Assembly (NCBI GenBank): GCA_012516225.1
Contig: JAAYWX010000005.1
Location: forward strand, 1 to 25,818
Direction: 5' to 3'
Length of the DNA stretch: 25,818 nt
Origin: Clostridiales bacterium
GTDB lineage: Bacteria; Bacillota; Clostridia; Oscillospirales; Oscillospiraceae
The notes under the pieces are model-generated. The model had not been told where the DNA came from. It did no database searches and saw only the letters and a list, made by a program, of their open reading frames with translations. Shown here one piece after another: positions 8,267-15,090 of the stretch. Made by a program: the position numbers and the translations under genes. The first letter of the stretch is position 1. Each line of letters starts with the position of its first letter.

Positions 8267-9205
8267 ATGGATGACAAAAAAGAACTTTTGATCCGCGTTG
8301 CGGAACTGTACTATGAGGAAAACCTAAACCAGAACGACATAGCAAAAATCCTTAATACTTCAAGACCGACAGTATCGCGGCTTCTTGACGAGGCGAAAGA
8401 TACCGGCGTTGTGGAAATTATTGTCCACAGTCCTATTTTGAAAGATGCGCAGCTTGCGTATGCTCTTCGCAAAAAACTTGGCCTGAGGGACGCTGTTGTC
8501 GTTTCGGGTGAATACAAATACGAGAAAGCAATCCGCCGCTGCTGCGAAACAGCGCTTCAGTATTTCTATGCGATCATGGAGAACAACACCACCATAGGGA
8601 TAAGCTGGGGAACCGTACCTCACCAGTTTTGCGAAATGCTTGAAGACCGTGAGTATTATAATGTCAATGTCGTCCAGATGGTCGGCTGTCTTGGAACGGG
8701 GAACCCAAAGCTTGATGGGCTCGAACTCGCGCTTCGCATATCAAGAAAGCTTGGCGGAACATACTCCAACATATATGCTCCCGTATATGTGGAGAACAAA
8801 ATTGTCCATGATTATCTTATGGCTGAGCCGCAGATAGCGGCGACAATTAAGAAAGCTATGCATACTGACATAATTATTACAGGAGTAGGGTCATTTGACG
8901 CAGGTACTTCACTGCAGCTTTCCGGAAACCTGAACGATAAGGACCGGATGGAGCTTATCGAACAGGGGGCTGTCGGACATCTTCTTGCCAGACCTTATGA
9001 CAAAGACGGAAATGAGATAATCCAGAGAGGACGATATACTATAGGCGCTCCGCTGGAGGCAATGAAGCATGCTCAGTGGTCGGTCGGAGTAAGCGCGGCA
9101 GAGTTTAAGGCTGAAGCCGTGCTCGCGGCGGTCCGCGGGGGATATCTCAACACGCTCGTCGTTGATGAAATACTTGCAAAGAAGCTTTTGGAGTTGGCCG
9201 ACTGA
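8267..9205 (+). CDS. SorC/DeoR(Gram-positive)/LsrR-family sugar-binding transcriptional regulator
   Basis: N-terminal 'VAELYYEENLNQNDIAKILNTSRPTVSRLL', IGISWG, VQMVG, and C-terminal 'AAVRGGYLNTLVVDE'. Confidence 0.95.
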   Translation: MDDKKELLIRVAELYYEENLNQNDIAKILNTSRPTVSRLLDEAKDTGVVEIIVHSPILKDAQLAYALRKKLGLRDAVVVSGEYKYEKAIRRCCETALQYFYAIMENNTTIGISWGTVPHQFCEMLEDREYYNVNVVQMVGCLGTGNPKLDGLELALRISRKLGGTYSNIYAPVYVENKIVHDYLMAEPQIAATIKKAMHTDIIITGVGSFDAGTSLQLSGNLNDKDRMELIEQGAVGHLLARPYDKDGNEIIQRGRYTIGAPLEAMKHAQWSVGVSAAEFKAEAVLAAVRGGYLNTLVVDEILAKKLLELAD

Positions 9206-9220
9206 AGTTCCTTTTCCTAT

Positions 9221-9250
9221 ACCGCGGAAACTTATGTTTCCGCGGTTTTT
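9221..9250 (+). terminator. Rho-independent terminator
   Basis: ACCGCGGAAAC-TTAT-GTTTCCGCGGT followed by a T-run. Confidence 0.85.
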
Positions 9251-9326
9251 TGTCTTTTTTGTCGATTGGCTATTCTAAACTACCAGTTTTAATCTTATTT
9301 GTCAATCCGTTCCGTTAGCAGATGCC

Positions 9327-10373
9327 TCAATCCATTCCAGGATTGCAGCATATGACTGCTTTAACGCCTTCTCCATTGAGCGAGGCATTGAATGCATCGC
9401 GCCAGTCTTTAAGATCCGTGATAAGAGTTACGATTTTTTCTGGCACTACCAGTCCTTCTTTAAGCAGATGAATTGAAGTCACCCAAGAACTGGGCTTTTG
9501 GCTGCGTGAACCTACATATACTATTTCTTTATGCAGAATATAATCGGCACGTATTGGAACTTTAGCATCGGCGAAAACGCCCATTTGAACAACTTTGCCC
9601 TTACGACGGGTTATTTCAAGCGCTTTGTTCGCTGCGGCGACAGAACCCGAACATTCAAACGAAATGTCAACTCCGACTCCATTCGTAAGTTCTTTCACAA
9701 TTTCGGAAAGATCTTCTTTTTCTTGGTTTACAACAATGTCCGCACCGTTGGCTTTGGCAATGGCAAAGCGTTCAGCATCTGTGGAAAGACCTGCAACTAT
9801 TACCGTGGCTTTTAGGGACTTTGCCACTTGGGCCACCATCTGTCCGATAGCTCCGGCGCCGAAAATACAAACGACATCTCCCTTTTTGACATCACCTTTT
9901 TCGATAACTGCATGGACGCCGCAGGCGAGAGGTTCGGTAAGGGAAGCGGATAAAAGACTTACATTATCGGGAAGAATATGAACGCTTTCTTCTCTGCTCA
10001 CCAAATATTCCGCCATACTTCCGTTTATCTGCGTGCCTATGCCCTGACGGTTTCCACAAAGGTTATAATCCTTGCTCAGACAGCTTGGACATATGCCGCA
10101 GGTTTTAAAAGTCGTTTCGCTGGTTACTCGGTCTCCAACCTTAACATTTTTTACGTCTGGCCCTACGGCTACAACTATGCCGGAAAACTCATGGCCCAAA
10201 ACTACAGGCGGCTTCGTGCTGGAATAAGTTCCTTTGAAAGCATGGAGGTCGGTTCCGCAGACGCCGCTGTATGCAATTTTTATTTTTACCAAGTCGCCAA
10301 CGGCTTCCGGTTCTGGAATCTCTGTATAAATCATATTATCATAGCCGCTGGCTGTTTTAACTACCGCTTTCAT
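9327..10373 (-). CDS. Zn-dependent medium-chain polyol(-phosphate) dehydrogenase (sorbitol DH/GatD-like)
   Basis: GVCGTDLH, LGHEFSG, structural-Zn motif CGICPSCLSKDYNLC, EPLAC, GAGAIG. Start placed at ATG 10373 (MKAVVK). Confidence 0.93.
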   Translation of the reverse strand: MKAVVKTASGYDNMIYTEIPEPEAVGDLVKIKIAYSGVCGTDLHAFKGTYSSTKPPVVLGHEFSGIVVAVGPDVKNVKVGDRVTSETTFKTCGICPSCLSKDYNLCGNRQGIGTQINGSMAEYLVSREESVHILPDNVSLLSASLTEPLACGVHAVIEKGDVKKGDVVCIFGAGAIGQMVAQVAKSLKATVIVAGLSTDAERFAIAKANGADIVVNQEKEDLSEIVKELTNGVGVDISFECSGSVAAANKALEITRRKGKVVQMGVFADAKVPIRADYILHKEIVYVGSRSQKPSSWVTSIHLLKEGLVVPEKIVTLITDLKDWRDAFNASLNGEGVKAVICCNPGMD

Positions 10374-10398
10374 GTTAACCCCCATCATTGTTATTGTT

Positions 10399-10426
10399 TT
10401 GTCATTTGTTCGTTTCTGTGAAATTA
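10399..10426 (+). promoter_or_regulatory. Candidate operator, copy A
   Basis: TTGTCATTTGTTC-GTTTC-TGTGAAATTA; direct repeat of 10562-10589. Confidence 0.55.
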
Positions 10427-10448
10427 AGTTTCTATCTATTCTGGCTCA

Positions 10449-10477
10449 ATTGTAGCCAAACATTCGACTTTCGTCAA
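10449..10477 (-). promoter_or_regulatory. Sigma-A promoter for the Zn-dehydrogenase gene
   Basis: Minus strand: TTGACG, 17 bp spacer, TACAAT. Confidence 0.7.
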
Positions 10478-10561
10478 CGATATTTTGTCAGTACTGACGA
10501 ATTTGTATAAATATCTAAGTTTAGCATGCTCTTTTAGTCAAAAATAGCGAATAAAATAGTG

Positions 10562-10590
10562 TTGACATTTGTTCAGTAATGTGAAATTAT
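10562..10590 (+). promoter_or_regulatory. Candidate operator, copy B, overlapping a probable -35 of the transketolase-like operon
   Basis: TTGACATTTGTTC-AGTAA-TGTGAAATTA. Perfect TTGACA; a weak TG-extended -10 (AATTAT) lies 17 bp downstream. Confidence 0.55.
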
Positions 10591-10701
10591 ATTTACAGAA
10601 AGATACTGCCATATTCCAACCTTCTGGAGCTTTGGCTATATAGTATTAAATTGCAAATTGCGCGGTTAAAGATAAATATATTTGGAAGGGAGAACTGCTG
10701 T

Positions 10702-11604
10702 ATGTCAGACATTAAATATTCAAACGAGCAGATCGCGCGGGCGGCAACCAATATCCGCAAGCAGATCCTCGGCATAGCCCTCGAAAGGGGAGGGTGTTAT
10801 CTCACTCAAGCGTGTTCATCGGCCGAGATAGTAGCCACATTATATATGGATATACTCAATATCGGACCAAGTCTTGGAAACCCGGAAGCACAGCCTTTCC
10901 CGGGAGTCCCTTCTCCGGACAACATGGATTATCCGAAAGGCTCGCTTTATAACGGGGCGCATGATCCGGACAAAGACCGTTTCTTTGTTTCCTGTTGCCA
11001 TTACGCATCCGTTATTTACTGCGCTCTTGCGGAGTGCGGCAGAATTTCACACAGCGCACTCAAAAAATTCAATGTAGACGGATGGAACATGGAGATGATA
11101 GGAGCGGAGCACTCTCCCGGGTTTGAAAACACCGCAGGCTCTCTCGGGCAAACCGTTTCCATTGCCGCTGGTACAGCGCATGCATATAAACTTAAAGGCT
11201 GCACAGGAAAAATTTACTGTATGCTTTCCGATGGGGAACTTGAGGAAGGCCAGGCGTGGGAATGCTTCCAGGCAGCAGCATTCTATAAACTTGATAACTT
11301 TGTCATTTATGTCGATGTAAACGGACAACAGGTTGAAGGCTGGACAAAGGATGTTATGAACATTGAACCCATGATTGAACGCATGAAGGCTTTCGGATGG
11401 GAAGCGGTGGAAGTAAACGGCCATGATATAGATGCCCTTAAAGCCGCGGCGAAAACGCCCCATGAAGGCAAACCACTTATGATTCTTTGCAAAACTTCAC
11501 CGGCACAGGGAATTCCTCTTTTGGAAAAGATGATCCCGAAGCACTTTGTGACGATTACAGAGGCCGACAGAGCAGAATTTAAAAAGTTTTATGACGAAAT
11601 GTAA
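10702..11604 (+). CDS. Transketolase-like ThDP enzyme, N-terminal (ThDP-binding) subunit, atypical
   Basis: DRFFVSCCH, GSLGQ, SDGELEEGQAWE...N (ThDP/Mg motif), VNGHD. Start placed at ATG 10702 (GGAAGGGAG RBS). Confidence 0.9.
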   Translation: MSDIKYSNEQIARAATNIRKQILGIALERGGCYLTQACSSAEIVATLYMDILNIGPSLGNPEAQPFPGVPSPDNMDYPKGSLYNGAHDPDKDRFFVSCCHYASVIYCALAECGRISHSALKKFNVDGWNMEMIGAEHSPGFENTAGSLGQTVSIAAGTAHAYKLKGCTGKIYCMLSDGELEEGQAWECFQAAAFYKLDNFVIYVDVNGQQVEGWTKDVMNIEPMIERMKAFGWEAVEVNGHDIDALKAAAKTPHEGKPLMILCKTSPAQGIPLLEKMIPKHFVTITEADRAEFKKFYDEM

Positions 11605-11619
11605 AGTGAGGTGGCAGCA

Positions 11620-12609
11620 ATGAAAATAGAAACAAATACACATTCAAAAAACATTCTTAGATTTGCTGAAAAGCACCCGGAAGTAGTTGTTATGTCGGCT
11701 GATTTGGGCACATCATGCGAAGTTAAGGAATTTGCGAAAGTTTATCCGGACCGTTATTTTTCCATGGGGATTGCCGAGCAGAACATGTGCTCATGGGCCG
11801 CAGGGCTTGCAAGAGAAGGTTTCCGCCCGATGCTGCACACGTTCGGCGTGTTCCTGTACCGCCGCATACTTGACCAGATTGAAATGAGTCTGGCTTATCC
11901 CAATCTGCCGGTTGTTCTTATTGGTTTTGTGCCGGGAATAACAACTCCGGGCGGCGTTTCTCACCAGTCCACAAATGATATAGGCGTGCTCCGTACTGTT
12001 CCTAATATGGCTATTTTCGATATCGGTGATGCAACGGAGATAGAAGGTGTGCTCGATATTGCTTATAATTTCAACGGCCCTGTATATATAAGAATGCTCC
12101 GCAAAGACGTACCCCGTTTCTTCCCGGCAAATGAGCCGATGCAATTCAACCGTGCACGCATATTGTCGGAAGGAACCGACATTGCGCTTCTTTCCTCATC
12201 AGTCTGCACGGAAGAAGCAATGCGAGCCACCGCGGCACTGAAGGCTAAGGGACTCTCAATACAGCATTTGCATGTATCCACTCTCAAGCCTTTTACGGAT
12301 CCTCAAGTGGTTGAAGCCTGTGAAAAAGCAAAATACGGCGTTATAACGATTGAAAATCACACCGTTATAGGAGGGCTTGGAACTGCGGTGGCGGAAGTGA
12401 TGGCGGAAAACGGAATAGGCAAGAAACTTGTCAAGGTAGGCTTGCAGGATACCTATGCACACGGAGCCTCCAAAATGTACCTTCTCAGAAAATATGGTAT
12501 GGACGCTATGACTCTGATAAAGGGCGTTGAGAAGCTGACAGGCGAGAATTTCGGAATTGAAGAACACGATCTTGAGGAAATCCGTTTTGAAGACTTCACT
12601 ACCGTATAA
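11620..12609 (+). CDS. Transketolase-like enzyme, C-terminal (pyrimidine-binding and C-terminal domain) subunit
   Basis: SADLGTS, MGIAEQNM (catalytic Glu), SHQ, GPVYIR, ENHTVIGGLG. ATG 11620 with GAGGTG RBS. Confidence 0.92.
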   Translation: MKIETNTHSKNILRFAEKHPEVVVMSADLGTSCEVKEFAKVYPDRYFSMGIAEQNMCSWAAGLAREGFRPMLHTFGVFLYRRILDQIEMSLAYPNLPVVLIGFVPGITTPGGVSHQSTNDIGVLRTVPNMAIFDIGDATEIEGVLDIAYNFNGPVYIRMLRKDVPRFFPANEPMQFNRARILSEGTDIALLSSSVCTEEAMRATAALKAKGLSIQHLHVSTLKPFTDPQVVEACEKAKYGVITIENHTVIGGLGTAVAEVMAENGIGKKLVKVGLQDTYAHGASKMYLLRKYGMDAMTLIKGVEKLTGENFGIEEHDLEEIRFEDFTTV

Positions 12610-13273
12610 AAAGAACGGGTATAAAGCCTGTATTTTTGATCTGGACGGTACGGTTGTAAATACTTTGCCGACAGTTCATCACTACTGCAACATTACTCTG
12701 GATCGATTCGGATTCTCCGCCATAAGCGAGCTGCAGTGCCGGAATTTATGCCGCCTGCCAATTAAAGAGTTCTATCATGAGCTGCTCAGATTGGGAGGTT
12801 GTCCGCCTGAAAATATTGAGAAGCTTGCGCCGCAGGCGCGCGATTATGATATAAAACGCTACCTTGAGAACCCTGCCGTAGGCAGTATGCCATATGAGGG
12901 AGTACCCGAACTTCTGCAAGAATTGAAGAGCAGAGGAATTATCCTCGGTGTTCTGACGAACAAGCCGCACGCCATAGCACAGTCGCTTATAGGCAGCCTG
13001 TATCCCGGTATTTTTGACAGCGTAACGGGACAGACTCCCGATACCATATCCAAACCTGATCCGAGATGCCTTTTAAATTACATCGGAGACATGGGACTTG
13101 CTAAAACCGAATGCCTTTATGTAGGAGATAGTGACGTTGATATGAAAACGGCAAAGGCGGCCAGAGTAGATGTTGCTGCAGTTACATGGGGATTTCAGTC
13201 CAGAGAACATTTGCTTGAATATAATCCGGAATATGTTTTCGACAAACCCGCAGAATTACTGAAACTGTTTTGA
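12587..13273 (+). CDS. HAD-superfamily phosphatase (Gph-like)
   Basis: IFDLDGT, LTNK, KPDP, VGDSDVD. Start uncertain: TTG 12587 (GAGG 9 nt upstream) or TTG 12557. Both overlap the upstream gene. Confidence 0.9.
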   Translation: MKTSLPYKKNGYKACIFDLDGTVVNTLPTVHHYCNITLDRFGFSAISELQCRNLCRLPIKEFYHELLRLGGCPPENIEKLAPQARDYDIKRYLENPAVGSMPYEGVPELLQELKSRGIILGVLTNKPHAIAQSLIGSLYPGIFDSVTGQTPDTISKPDPRCLLNYIGDMGLAKTECLYVGDSDVDMKTAKAARVDVAAVTWGFQSREHLLEYNPEYVFDKPAELLKLF

Positions 13274-13314
13274 CCAGAATAATTATCAAATAATTATCAG
13301 GAGGTTTTTAAGCC

Positions 13315-13995
13315 ATGTTTGAAGCACAAAAGCGCGAAATTATAAAAGCGGGAATAAGCCTTGATCGTTACGGACTGATTGCCCTTTCGGGCGGCAACGT
13401 AAGCGCCCGCATGGAAACTGGAGAAATACTCGTAACGCCATCAGGAATGATCTATGAAGATATGGTTGAAGACGATATCGTCGTAATGGATATTGACGGA
13501 AACATCATCGAAGGTTCGCGCAAGCCGTCCTCCGATACAGACGCAATTCTTTATATTTTCAAACACCGCCCCGATTTGAAAGCGGTTATTCATACGCACC
13601 AGCCCTATGCGACTGCCATAAGCCTCATTGAGGATGAGTTCCGCGCAGATCTGACCACTCTTGCAAATGCATGCGCCGGAAGCGTAAAGGTTACGCCTTA
13701 CAGTTCCCCCGGAAGCGAGGATATGGGCGTTGACACCGTAAAGTATCTTGGCAGCAGTCTGGCGGTTATTCTTGCTCATCACGGAGTTATTACAGTAGGT
13801 ACCTCGGTTAAGCAGGCGCTCTATGCCGCAGTGTATATGGAAGAAGCTGCGCGAGGCTATCTTGCCGCAAGAGCCGTTGGACCGATTAAGCACCTTTCGG
13901 ATGCCCAAATTCAGCAGGCTGTCGATGTCTTCAAGTATGTCGGACAGGGAACAGGCAGAATACCGAAAGAAATGACAAAGCGCATTACCAATTAA
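13315..13995 (+). CDS. Class II aldolase fold, AraD/UlaF-type (L-ribulose-5-P 4-epimerase-like)
   Basis: GGNVS, TPSG, KPSSDT (Asp, as in AraD, rather than the Glu of FucA), IHTHQ, AHHG. AGGAGG RBS. Confidence 0.85.
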   Translation: MFEAQKREIIKAGISLDRYGLIALSGGNVSARMETGEILVTPSGMIYEDMVEDDIVVMDIDGNIIEGSRKPSSDTDAILYIFKHRPDLKAVIHTHQPYATAISLIEDEFRADLTTLANACAGSVKVTPYSSPGSEDMGVDTVKYLGSSLAVILAHHGVITVGTSVKQALYAAVYMEEAARGYLAARAVGPIKHLSDAQIQQAVDVFKYVGQGTGRIPKEMTKRITN

Positions 13996-14043
13996 CCTTT
14001 ATAGATTCCATAATTCCTCTCCATATTCCTCTTTCTTTTTAAA

Positions 14044-14104
14044 TATTTGCACCGGATATTGCTTTCATTTGACGCACTTATGCCGGTCATATCCGGTGCA
14101 AATA
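14044..14104. repeat. 16 bp perfect inverted repeat with a 29 nt loop
   Basis: TATTTGCACCGGATAT (14044-14059) and ATATCCGGTGCAAATA (14089-14104). Confidence 0.8.
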
Positions 14105-14210
14105 GGGTATTAGCCAAATTAATTAGCCAACTCCTTTTTTCGCTGATATAGAGATAGAGAAAAGAAAACAGCGAAGAGGGCGTGAAATTCAGCGCCCGTT
14201 ATAATTTGAA

Positions 14211-14290
14211 AAGCCATTTTCAGCACCCCATATATCCCGCCGGAGAAGACGGGAACAGAGAGAACGGTGCAGAAAATGGCTTCTTTTTAT
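14211..14290. repeat. 17 bp inverted repeat (1 mismatch) enclosing a second hairpin; possible terminator or structured RNA
   Basis: AAGCCATTTTCAGCACC (14211-14227) and GGTGCAGAAAATGGCTT (14266-14282). Inner TCCCG/CGGGA helix. T-rich tails on both strands. Confidence 0.7.
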
Positions 14291-14430
14291 TTAAAATAAA
14301 GAAATAGCAATTTCATCGTATCATCAATTTTTATAGACTGGAAACTTTAAAAAGACAACCGCAAGACTTTCTTCCCTATACAGAAAAACTGAAGAATTTT
14401 ATAGATAATAAGAACTAAGCAAGGCGAATA

Positions 14431-15090
14431 TTATCTGAATATGTTCATATCGCAGTCATAAAGCTGAGTGCGAGTAAACGCCCCAAAGTCTGGAGCAAGT
14501 TCTGGAGCAAGATGCTCCAGCGCCGACACAAGAAGCTCCGGATTGAGAGTGGGATTCTGTGCGGAAACAATGGCTTTAAGCCTTACGAAGCTGCCGCTCG
14601 AATCAAATTCTATGCTTTTTATAGACGGAGCAATGTCAACTTCGGAAATGCCGCTTTTGTTTTTTTTAGGTATTATTATGCTGTTTTGGGAAAAGAAATC
14701 CATCAACCCCGAAACCTTATCGTCGGCACTGCGGCCGTCGTATTCAAAAGCGCCGTCCACATCCAGCCACTTTATGTCTTTGAATTTAGTCTGAGGTTCA
14801 TACGCTTCAAGAACGGAAATTCCTTCAGGAAGAGCCTTGTTAAGCAAAAAAGGAATTTCGGTGAGACTCATAAATTCGGAAAGTCTGAAATCCATAAGTT
14901 CGCAGCAGCTTGCAGTTCCGACAGAAAGAGGGAGCGCAAATGAAATCTGCGCGTGGGGGTTAAATCCCTCGCTGTACTTAAGCTTCAACCCTGCGCGGAA
15001 GAAAGCGCGCTGCATAGTGCGCATGAGGTCAAGGTGGGAGATATATATGGCACGGCCAGTCTTTGAAAATTTCAGCCTTAAATTATCCAT
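14431..15090 (-). CDS. Radical SAM-linked protein (TIGR03936/DUF2344-like)
   Basis: LRLKFSKTGRAIYISHLDLMR, YSEGFNPH, ALPLSVG. Overlaps the end of the radical SAM gene, the typical pairing. Confidence 0.9.
   Translation of the reverse strand: MDNLRLKFSKTGRAIYISHLDLMRTMQRAFFRAGLKLKYSEGFNPHAQISFALPLSVGTASCCELMDFRLSEFMSLTEIPFLLNKALPEGISVLEAYEPQTKFKDIKWLDVDGAFEYDGRSADDKVSGLMDFFSQNSIIIPKKNKSGISEVDIAPSIKSIEFDSSGSFVRLKAIVSAQNPTLNPELLVSALEHLAPELAPDFGAFTRTQLYDCDMNIFR

Noticed and set aside
5590-10373. Calling the cluster canonical galactitol (gat) utilisation
   Set aside because: No tagatose-6-P kinase or tagatose-bisphosphate aldolase, and extra enzymes are unexplained; gat symbols were withheld.
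10651-10701. N-terminal extensions from the ORF track (also 5489-5530, 10374-10388, 16919-16957, 17617-17655)
   Set aside because: Downstream starts have clear RBSs or stop/start overlaps and match family N-termini.
10702-12609. Assigning the enzyme as apulose-4-P transketolase, sulfofructose transketolase or DXP synthase
   Set aside because: Their usual partner genes (apiose isomerase and kinase; sulfoquinovose enzymes) are absent, and I cannot verify the motif match without a search.
14095-14130. Sigma-54 promoter (TGGC...TTGC on the minus strand)
   Set aside because: GG-to-GC spacing is 14 nt rather than the required 10.
14176-14282. Fragments resembling riboswitches (AGGGCGTGAAATTC, FMN-like; GGGGTGC, TPP-like; GGGAA...GGTG, cobalamin-like)
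   Set aside because: The remaining conserved elements of each aptamer are missing and no cognate gene follows. Kept only as unclassified structure.
14000-14430. CRISPR array, tRNA or IS ends in the intergenic region
   Set aside because: No regularly spaced repeats, no cloverleaf and no transposase.
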